From contig SMSO01000031.1 in NCBI GenBank assembly GCA_004764695.1, forward strand, positions 658,436 through 722,435: 64,000 nucleotides of DNA, given 5' to 3'. A program made the translations under genes and the position numbers. The notes under the pieces were generated by a model that was not told the origin of the DNA, did not search any database, and saw only the letters and a program-made list of their open reading frames with translations. Shown one piece after another: positions 47,650 to 56,526 of this stretch. Positions within the stretch are counted from its first letter, which is position 1; every line of letters starts with the position of its first letter. Source of the DNA: Schizochytrium sp. TIO01. Lineage: Eukaryota > Protista > Bigyra: Labyrinthulomycetes.

Positions 47650-49359
47650 TTAATCTTGTAATAGCTCAATAATTCTCCATCGTGCGTACAGCATGATTAG
47701 GATACTACCCGCGACGAAACTTAAAGTAAGAAAAACAATTCCATCTGTTGGGTCATTTGAGGTTGTTGGCTCGATAGCACTAACAAGCGCGTCGAGTTCA
47801 TCTTGGACAGGCTGCACGCTACCAAAGGCCACAATTGTAAGTGTGCTATTAAGAACACCAGCTACATAGCCACGATATTGTGCAAGCAAATTAGCGTCTT
47901 CACCAAATGAATCAAACTCGTCTTGAGTAACTGTGAAAACATCGACGTATTTGGTAGAGATATATACACCATCTTGCAAGTAAGCATAGACAGTTGGGTC
48001 GGCGCTCTCAGATAAACTTGTCGAAGCTCCACAGCTTGTTTCGCTGATGCATACATCCGTGCCAACACAAACAGAGCTACTCGTTGATGACGCTGCGTCT
48101 GTTATTTCACAGTCTGTGTCTTGATCAAGATTTGATCCACTTCCAGTACTTGCAGAACATTTGAGAGGACAATCACCTCCGTCAAACGTAGCAACACTGT
48201 TATTCACATTACCGCAACCATCACAACGATAGCACCTGCCACCGTTAATGTTAGCACAGTACGCATCATCATCGCAATTATCATGCGCTAAGCAAACTAT
48301 CCCAAGTACCTTATATTGTGCTGCCGAATCTTCAGAGAATGACTTTTTTTTTGCGGTCTCTAAATGTGAATAAAATTCTGAGGCAAGAATGCAGACATTG
48401 ACACGCGAAGAGGTGATTGTTTTAACATGAAGCCCAGCAATCTGCACCGATCCATCATCCCCGCGAATCGTGACAGGACCTCCGCTTGACCCACCATATG
48501 TGTTGATAGTATAGGAGCCCTCGGCAGAGGACAGACGCGTCATAGTGCCTTCTCCTTCGCAGAGTGTATAACCATAGTTACAGTGAGAATGAGAGGCATA
48601 TCCAGACACGTACACATCCACTTCGTCATCAACAAAGGGCACAGACGAGTACAGACTAAGCCAACCGTACCTTGTGCCCACGGACTCACGCGTGTAGAGA
48701 AACATCCAGTCCCTATCAGCGTAATATAAAAAAGATTCTTCATCCATATAACCATACATGCCCACAATCGCATATTCTTCGTAAGTATCTTCATAGATCA
48801 TGTCAGGCTGAAAGTATATTTCCTCGAGTATCTCACCAGTATCCTTATTGATCGCGCAGTGCCCAGCTGTGAGAATTACATTTGGTGCCACAAGCGAGCC
48901 CGTGCACAGGTATTCTACTCCATTTTCAACAATGCGGATACGGCCAATCGCTGTATACGGCCAAATTCGCTTCGAAATGCGCTGCCATGACGCTAGGCTA
49001 CTGAAGACGTCAAGTCTTCGTTCATGTGACTCATGAACCTGTTCTGCGAGACGACGTGCAGAATCTTTTCCAATCGGTACAACATTTGCAGTGTCCACGA
49101 TAGAGATAGTGCCATTATCGTCTTCGTAAACGTCTCTAGAGTATATGAGCTTTGACGATATGCCCACAGAAGAGGATCTTGACTCTGTTGAAGTCGGACT
49201 CTCTGTTGTTTCCGATGATTCAGACGGAGACGTCGTCGGAGAGGTCGTAGTTGTCGAGTCCGTGCTCGGTGAAGATGTACTCGAGTCATCCTCGTAAATT
49301 GTTCCGGCAAACCGGAGCGAAGGCATCGCGCAGATGCCAGAGCATGACGGACCACCCAT
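47650..49359 (-). CDS. Trypsin-fold (V8/glutamyl-endopeptidase-like) serine protease with Cys-rich region and C-terminal TM anchor
   Basis: WPYTAIGRI, CTGSLVAPNVILTAGHC (His), DRDWMFL (Asp) and TYGGSSGGPV (Ser). It has an S/T-rich pro-region with RRL motifs and a C-terminal TM (GIVFLTLSFVAGSILIMLYA). The ATG is in ACCATGG context. Confidence 0.85.
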   Translation of the reverse strand: MGGPSCSGICAMPSLRFAGTIYEDDSSTSSPSTDSTTTTSPTTSPSESSETTESPTSTESRSSSVGISSKLIYSRDVYEDDNGTISIVDTANVVPIGKDSARRLAEQVHESHERRLDVFSSLASWQRISKRIWPYTAIGRIRIVENGVEYLCTGSLVAPNVILTAGHCAINKDTGEILEEIYFQPDMIYEDTYEEYAIVGMYGYMDEESFLYYADRDWMFLYTRESVGTRYGWLSLYSSVPFVDDEVDVYVSGYASHSHCNYGYTLCEGEGTMTRLSSAEGSYTINTYGGSSGGPVTIRGDDGSVQIAGLHVKTITSSRVNVCILASEFYSHLETAKKKSFSEDSAAQYKVLGIVCLAHDNCDDDAYCANINGGRCYRCDGCGNVNNSVATFDGGDCPLKCSASTGSGSNLDQDTDCEITDAASSTSSSVCVGTDVCISETSCGASTSLSESADPTVYAYLQDGVYISTKYVDVFTVTQDEFDSFGEDANLLAQYRGYVAGVLNSTLTIVAFGSVQPVQDELDALVSAIEPTTSNDPTDGIVFLTLSFVAGSILIMLYARWRIIELLQD

Positions 49360-49740
49360 GGTGCGTTTTAGTCAGCACAAGCGTGACCTAAACGCAGGCG
49401 CGTCGCAGCTATTTGCTCGCGGAATTCGCAATTGCAATACCAGGGTAAGCAAGTGTTACTCAGGAGCCCGACCGGTATTTCAACGAGCTCATAAGGCTCG
49501 CTCAAATATCCAAAAGTTGCTAGATAATGTAACGTATCGGAAGGAAGGATTATGAAGTACCATAGTAGGAAAACATAGGAGCCCAGAGCTTAATTGTTTC
49601 ACAATTATTCGAGCTTTGATGGGATAGCTGGTAAGGGCAAACCTTTTGGAGCGCAAAGGAAATATTGTTCTTGGTCTCTTAAACTTTAATCACGTCACAA
49701 GGACTTTGAGAAGTTGTTTGAGAATACCGGTGTATGAAAT

Positions 49741-50871
49741 ATGATTGACTCCAAGGAAGCTGCTCAAAGCTCTTCTCCGGCAGAGGTATTGGAGAACCCC
49801 GTAAATCGGGATCAGCTAGCTTCTCAGAAATCCGCAAGAAGTAGTACACAAACGTCTCAAAAGGCAGAGTCTCAAAACGAAAAGAATGGACAGAGTAAAG
49901 GTCAGGTTAACAGCCAACCGGGCTCCAGACGAAGCTCATCTGCCGTCGTTCCAGAAACTAATGAAACTATGTCTGGTAAAGGAAAGGAAAAGGAGAAGGA
50001 TGAAGGCGCAGCAGAACTTAAGGAATCTCCAGAGAAGATGATAGAACCAAACACTGCAGATGCGCAAATTGGTTTCTGGGGAAAGTTTAAGCGTCTACTC
50101 TTTGGAGATCCAAAAGAATCTGAACGTGTGTGGAACCTAAGTGAGTGTGACCTTAGCGAGGAGGACCTCGAGGAGCTCCGTATGTTGAGTGTATTTTCAG
50201 AACATGAAATCAAGGTTCTTCGACTTCGTTTTAAGGATGTGGCTGAAAACAAGGAGTGGATAAAACGCGAAAAAATCGCAGCACTACCAGAACTAATTTA
50301 CAACCCACTTGCGCATCGCGTGGTGGATTGCTTTGATACGGATGAGGATGGCTTTCTTGATTTCCGCGAGTTTGTTACAACATCATCAAATTTCAGCCCG
50401 AATGGACCTCGTGAGAAGAAACTCTTGCTCGCCTTTAAAATGCATGATTATGATGGTGATGATAAAATTAGCAAGAATGATTTGCGCTCATATTTAGCCG
50501 ATATCACTTCATTTAAACGCACCGAGGAGGAAATAGCTGAGGAAGCCCGCTGTTTGGCGAACGAAGAGGCTGCTGGCGTTGCTGGTAGTGTAGACAAGCA
50601 AGTGGAATGGAATCGCAATCAACTCGCTTCTTTAAAAGAAGCAGCGGTTCAAGCCAAGACCAAAGTAGATCCTATTGAGAAAAATCGCATTACAAACCGT
50701 ATTAAGTTTTTAGAAACAGAAGGAGTACTTGATGAAGTAGTAGAGCGCACATTTGAGGAATCAAGCTCAGATCGAGAGTTTTTGACTCGTGAGGATTTCA
50801 TTAGGGTACTTGGTCACTCAGATTTTCAGGGTAAGCTTGTCATTGATTTTTGCCAAATTAAAGCAAAGTGA
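49741..50871 (+). CDS. Calcineurin B/CHP-like EF-hand calcium-binding protein with N-terminal extension
   Basis: FSEHEIKVLRLRF, LPELIYNPLAHRVVDCF, EF loops DTDEDGFLDFRE and DYDGDDKISKND, and KLLLAFKMHD. Confidence 0.85.
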   Translation: MIDSKEAAQSSSPAEVLENPVNRDQLASQKSARSSTQTSQKAESQNEKNGQSKGQVNSQPGSRRSSSAVVPETNETMSGKGKEKEKDEGAAELKESPEKMIEPNTADAQIGFWGKFKRLLFGDPKESERVWNLSECDLSEEDLEELRMLSVFSEHEIKVLRLRFKDVAENKEWIKREKIAALPELIYNPLAHRVVDCFDTDEDGFLDFREFVTTSSNFSPNGPREKKLLLAFKMHDYDGDDKISKNDLRSYLADITSFKRTEEEIAEEARCLANEEAAGVAGSVDKQVEWNRNQLASLKEAAVQAKTKVDPIEKNRITNRIKFLETEGVLDEVVERTFEESSSDREFLTREDFIRVLGHSDFQGKLVIDFCQIKAK

Positions 50872-51333
50872 ATATTACAATTGTGATTTAGGACGACACA
50901 TGCTACAAGTAAAAAACTTCTTTTTTCAGTTTAAGAATACGCAAGTTTAGAAGAAGAACAGAACAGCAAAAATGAATGGACTGGTGTACAGGAAGTCCAT
51001 CACATAGACATGAAGGCAGGTTATATTGACATGAAAGGGGTCGTTTGAATAAAAACATGAGCGTAGTATAAAATAATGCATCATGATTTCCAATACCTAT
51101 GAAAGCTGTGGTTTTGAATACTCGTCAATGTGCCCACTTTGCATTACCTTTCATACAAATAAAGTAGACACCTTGCAGGGAAGTCCTTTGAACCCTACTT
51201 TGTGAACGGAAATAGATGTTAGAACAACAATTGAGGACAGGGAAGCGCCCATAGTTCACTCCTAGCACAAGCCTTGGTAATCTCAAGGCACACAGCCTAG
51301 GAGCTGGGCTTTACTCCGCTATAACATCTACAA

Positions 51334-54171
51334 TCATATATCTCCTGGTCCACTGCTGCCACTACCATCATCATCACTGTCGCCATCATCGCCACCGGCG
51401 TCGCTACCGTCACCTGAGTTATCAGATCCGTCATCGTCACTATCATCAGAACTCCCAATGCTTGCAGAGCAGGAGAGTGCCGGAATGACATGGGTTTGGT
51501 TGAAGAGGTTGTCCGCGCTTGCAGCACCCAATCCAAATTGGCCATAAGAATTACTGCCAAAACATGTCGTAGTCACGTTGGAAACAGAGCTGGAACCTGT
51601 TCCGATGCAAAAAGTTGAGGTGGCTTCACTATAGGATGGCAAAGCAGTGTAGCCGATTTCTTCGATCGGAAGAAGGTGGTAATACTCGGGAGTAAGACCT
51701 GTGCAAACAACTCGTCCATTACTTAGAATTGCACACGTTTTCCCGTTACCTAGGATTAGCGAGGCAACATTTTTAGCAAAGACACCTACAGTACGAGGCG
51801 TACCTACATCTGATGTGTCTCCATTGTTTGTAACCTCCGAGTAGTTGTTGTCGCCCCAGCAATATGTCTTTCCACGCAACTTCAAGGCGCAAGTATGAGT
51901 ACTACTCATGAAGACGGATCGGACACGGCCCAAACCTTCAGCTTCTATAGGAGTGTAGCTGTACAAGTAAAGGTTGGATCCAATTCCAAGTTGAAGGTTT
52001 TCATTGGTACCCCAGCACATGAGCTTGCGTGTCCGAAGAAGACCACAAGTGACCTCTCCTGCAGCATAGATGCTCATGACCTTGGAGATATCATCCACAT
52101 TCTGTGGGATGTTGTAATCTTTTGTGATGTCATCCTGACCAGCTTGCCCTCGTGCGTTTGAGCCCCAGCATTTAACCTTGCCGCTATCCAAGAGCGCACA
52201 AGAGTGCTGGTCCCCAACAACCACCTGAACTGCATTATTGATTCCCAAGGCCTGAACAGGGATGTTTCGGTCATAGGTAGTACCGTCACCGAGCTGACCA
52301 TTAATGTTCGAACCCCAGCAGTAAACAGAGCCCGATGAATCCACGAGGCAGCTGTGCGTGTTGCGTGTACTAATAGAAATTGCGGAGTAATTTTCAGGAA
52401 GACTAGTTACAGGCTCAATAAGGCTTTCATCACTGCGGCCAAGGCCAAGAGTTCCCTCGACATTGGTTCCCCAAGTCGATACTTGTTGAGTTTCGTAGTT
52501 CAATTGGATACCACCGTATTTCCCGATGTCGATGCGATTACAAGGGCATACCTTAGGTCCAGATACATATCCTCTTGACTCTTTGTGCATGTACATAACA
52601 TGGGTGATTGACGAGTACATGTAGCACCGACCAAACTTGTTCATGTGTGACCAGTATGCGCAGTCAGACTCGTCTTGGCACATCGTTTGGCAGTCATCGC
52701 TGGTATCAGCGAGGTAGTACTCTTTGCTTGAGATTGTTGTACCTGTATAGGAAAGGTCTAGCAGTAAGCAGTCCTCGCGCACGGGATCAAGAGTGGGCTC
52801 TTCGCAGTAGTCGTTAACCATTTCGTTGACCTGAGCGAGTAATGTGGCGTAGCTGCTCGATTCATAGACATCAACCTCAGGGTCAACATCATTGTAGAGC
52901 GAGGAGTCTGCTGAATCACCAATACGGACCGAGGTGTATGTAACCTTATCTTGAATTGCCTGAGCATATACTGCGGTACAAGCCTGTGCTGCCTTCTTGG
53001 GATACTGGCTGGATTTATCATATCCATCACACGTAGACGGAAGTTGACCGTTAGCCCAGTCCAAAGAGGGGTTATCTGTTCCAATATGAATGACCAGAGC
53101 GCGACGATCAGTACCATTTTCGTAGGTGCTGACGGTTCTGTTCACAACATCAAGAGCTGTTTGCAAAGCAAGAGGCATGTTAGCATCCTGTGCAGAAACA
53201 TTACGCTCGTAGTTCCATACAGCTTCACGAAAATCACTCTGCCCCACAAATGTAGCATAACCAGTTTCTTCGTCAATAAAAGGGTAAACCTCGTCAACCT
53301 CTGTGGAGTATTGCATGTAAGCAAAACGAGTGGCCCTGTTCCCAGTAATCGTCCAACGAGATGCAAATTCTGCAACAAAGTCGTGTACAAGAGCAAGATA
53401 AGTGTCTCTAACATCTGAGGAGGCCTGAACCACAAACATAATATCAACTGTGGCATTAGCGCATGTTGCAGTAGGCACCGGGAGGCAGAGGGCTGTAATA
53501 GCAGCATTTGTAGTTTCTGTGATAGTGACGAGGCCCCCAAGGTAGTCCTCAATGCCATCGGTCTCATATTCCTCATCAATGGGAACATAGATAACTGTGA
53601 CGCCGTTGTTGTCGACAGCATCCTCGACGAGGTATACCATGCATTGTTCGATGGTCTGAATTCCTACTTCGCCGTCGCCGGGCCCAACTTTCGAGCACGT
53701 TTCCGCAACATAAGCTTCACTAGTGGTTGAGTTTGCAATGTTAATACCCCGTGAAATCACGACGACAAACTTGTCTGCACCTGACCTCGCATTGTTCTCA
53801 AGCATTTCGAAGGCTACATCAAAGGAGTAGATAAGGTTGCTCTGTTTATCTACGTTGTTCCATGACATCTGATTGACGGCTGTGTTAAAGTCGCTTTGAG
53901 AGGTAAGGTTTCCAAACGAGTACTCATCGTACGGCTCTGCATCAAACGCAAAAGTTGCCACCCGGTCGTCAGAGTCGCTGCTGCCAAAGTTGAAAGTCTT
54001 CGCAATTCTCAGGGCCCTCTTGCGGATCTGGTTGTTAAAGACTGACTTGGAGCTCGTGGCATCAAGCATCACCACGACATCCCGAGGGTTGCAGCTGTCG
54101 CCGGCCCCCAGCACGACGGCACAAAGGGCTGCAAGGATTCCCACCCACCTCCTTGCTGCGGCCCCTATCAT
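51334..54171 (-). CDS. Secreted multidomain protein: signal peptide, 2x VWA, PAN/apple, RCC1/BLIP-II propeller, acidic tail
   Basis: Signal peptide, VWA starts DVVVMLDATSS and DIMFVVQASSDV with RVATFAF/TRFAYMQYS, an apple-type DCQTMCQDESDCAYWS...CYM...SGPKVC segment and repeated HSC/HTC...G.V.CWG.N..GQLG units. Confidence 0.85.
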   Translation of the reverse strand: MIGAAARRWVGILAALCAVVLGAGDSCNPRDVVVMLDATSSKSVFNNQIRKRALRIAKTFNFGSSDSDDRVATFAFDAEPYDEYSFGNLTSQSDFNTAVNQMSWNNVDKQSNLIYSFDVAFEMLENNARSGADKFVVVISRGINIANSTTSEAYVAETCSKVGPGDGEVGIQTIEQCMVYLVEDAVDNNGVTVIYVPIDEEYETDGIEDYLGGLVTITETTNAAITALCLPVPTATCANATVDIMFVVQASSDVRDTYLALVHDFVAEFASRWTITGNRATRFAYMQYSTEVDEVYPFIDEETGYATFVGQSDFREAVWNYERNVSAQDANMPLALQTALDVVNRTVSTYENGTDRRALVIHIGTDNPSLDWANGQLPSTCDGYDKSSQYPKKAAQACTAVYAQAIQDKVTYTSVRIGDSADSSLYNDVDPEVDVYESSSYATLLAQVNEMVNDYCEEPTLDPVREDCLLLDLSYTGTTISSKEYYLADTSDDCQTMCQDESDCAYWSHMNKFGRCYMYSSITHVMYMHKESRGYVSGPKVCPCNRIDIGKYGGIQLNYETQQVSTWGTNVEGTLGLGRSDESLIEPVTSLPENYSAISISTRNTHSCLVDSSGSVYCWGSNINGQLGDGTTYDRNIPVQALGINNAVQVVVGDQHSCALLDSGKVKCWGSNARGQAGQDDITKDYNIPQNVDDISKVMSIYAAGEVTCGLLRTRKLMCWGTNENLQLGIGSNLYLYSYTPIEAEGLGRVRSVFMSSTHTCALKLRGKTYCWGDNNYSEVTNNGDTSDVGTPRTVGVFAKNVASLILGNGKTCAILSNGRVVCTGLTPEYYHLLPIEEIGYTALPSYSEATSTFCIGTGSSSVSNVTTTCFGSNSYGQFGLGAASADNLFNQTHVIPALSCSASIGSSDDSDDDGSDNSGDGSDAGGDDGDSDDDGSGSSGPGDI

Positions 54172-55372
54172 CCTTCAGCTCTGTGTTTTTTCGCAGTCTG
54201 CCCAATGCGGGTTTGCTGCCGCACAACTTCTGAAGCATGCCATCATCGCGCCCGCATTCCCAGTACTTGCGCACTTTCCGCTACAACTACTTCGACTACT
54301 ACCATTGCCACTACCTTACTCCTACGCTCCTTTTTATTCTTTTCTTTCTCGCTCTTTCTCTAACAGCAAAACCATTCTCTTTTCGCGTAAAAAAGTACTT
54401 TTTTTCTCGCGCACTTTTCTCCTTCTTCCTTTTTTCGCTAGGCTCCTTCACTAAGAGACACTTTCTTTCTTTCTTTCTTTCTTACTTTCTCTCTTTTCCC
54501 ATGATTGCCTATTGCCATTCTGCGCTTCTTCGCCGACCCGTGTGCCTGAGCTTGTGCACTGCACATCTGCCTCTACCTGGAACCGAATTCCTCGCAGCGC
54601 CGCCGCTTTGCCGTTTCTTCGTGCGATTGGCTCTCCGAGTTCAACATTGACGATTTCCGTTTTCGCCCTCATTTTCATCTTCTTCTTCTTCAATTTCTTT
54701 TCAATTTCTTTTCAATTTCTTTTCATTTTTTTTTTCAATCTCCCTTTCAATTTCTTTTCAATCTCCTTTCATTCTTGGTAGAAAGCGCTGAAAAGGAAGG
54801 GCACCAACAACATGGAGGCCCGACTCACATACAGTAAGTAGTAGATCCGTAGCGCCGCGATCGATATTTAGGCGTGGCTCCCGGCTCAACGGAGAGGAAA
54901 AGGCCTCTGTCCTGCCGTTCCTGTCGCGTCCCCTGCACGCATATCCATTGGACGGACGCACTCTCTGCAGAGAAAACGAAATGTGCAGCCACGATGACCA
55001 TCTTATTTTGTAAATTGAGCTTCGCTTTGAGCCCTACTCGATAGTCCTAGGCCGCACCTTAGTGCCTTTACGAGTGGCGCCATCTTTTTTTTCTTTTTCT
55101 TTTTTCTTCTTCTTCTTCTTCTTCTTCGTCTTCTTTTCTCGCGCTTTTTAGCGCTTCTCTTTCCTTCTGCTACTGTCTCCTGAGTCAAATCTAGAATCAA
55201 TCGCTGCTTTCTTTTGCTTTCAGGATGGAGGCCCAATCTCAAGCTCGCTCAGGCAAAGATCTCGCTCGAACTACGCTGTTTTCAGGAGCACGCACTCAAT
55301 GCACGGATGGTTGGTTCATCAGCACCTCAGCTAGCATTCTGCCTCCAAGCCTGCTGACCTGAGATCAGATCG

Positions 55373-55405
55373 CAACTTGAGATCTCAACTTGAGATCTCA
55401 AGTTG
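55373..55405. repeat. Perfect 20-bp palindrome preceded by a 13-bp direct duplication
   Basis: CAACTTGAGATCT (55373-55385) followed by CAACTTGAGA|TCTCAAGTTG (55386-55405). Confidence 0.85.
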
Positions 55406-56465
55406 GCTTACAGCTAACTGGGTAGGATAGTAGTGGCACGGACCACGCGTGCAATAATCAGTAATATTGACCTTCGCGCGCTTTTTGTTTTTGCGCAGAG
55501 TCGGTGTTTGCAGATCTCTGAGTACAGTTCTCTCTGAAAATGTGCGAAATGGCCACTCGTCACGCTTAGTAAGTCACCATCCATGCACACAACCCAGCGA
55601 TCTTCGAGGGCAGAAAACCCGGGGTGCAGATTCCTTCGAGGCCTGAGCAGAAGCTAGCACGAAGGATCGATTCCCAGCCTGAAATCGAGCTAACCCGAGT
55701 GTGTATGTGTGTTGTTTTTCTCTGACACAGCGCTCAATTTGTGCATTGTTTTGCAAGTGCTTCTTCTTCTTCTGATTGGCTTGCGATTTCTACATTTCCA
55801 AATTGGGTGCAAAGCATTTGTTTTTAAATTATATTAAGCGTGAAATAAAAATATTTTGGAAATAAATAAGAGAGAAATGTTAAAAGGCTGTGTTGCACGA
55901 GACCTTCGCAATTGTCGCTCTTCTACGGACGCTCGGACCGAACCAGGATTCCCGCGCAGCGGGAGAGGACAAGGCCCGCACGCCTTCGGCCGACCCAGAA
56001 GGGTGCTCCTCGGCGAGGATTCCCGACCGTCCGCAGCGCTTTCGGACGATCTCTGAGCTCCCGCCCGCAAAGAGGGCCTCGCTATACAATGAGTGGTTCT
56101 TCCTTTCCTTTCTGCTATTATTCTTTTCCTTTGGATTCCTTTCAAGAATAACTCAAAGTGTGCTTACACATACAGAGATGTATACGCTATAATGTAACAA
56201 TAGTTCGTATGCACTTATTAGCCACCAGTAGCATTTCCTTTTGTTTTAGTTAAAAGGGGGATATAGGAAGAACTTGAGTTCCGTGCGTCTATTCTCTACA
56301 GCAGAGTTCGTGGTCATTTCCATTCCAACACTTCGAGGCTTGGCTAACTTGAGAATACTGCCGTGCGCCCTACAATTGTAAGCCCTTGTAGCCAACCATC
56401 ATGTGGTGTCACCCATCAGCCAGCCAGCGCATCTCTTGTTCGACTTTTGATTTTAATGCAATTGA

Positions 56466-56526
56466 GAATGCGAATGCGAATGCGAATGCGAATGCGAATG
56501 CGAATGCGAATGCGAATGCGAATGTG
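56466..56526. repeat. (GAATGC)n microsatellite
   Basis: About 10 visible hexamer units. Confidence 0.9.

Noticed and set aside
49360-49450. In-frame TGA (…RLC*LKRTM) upstream of the protease as selenocysteine
   Set aside because: No upstream in-frame ATG before a TAA, no redox motif and no SECIS identified.
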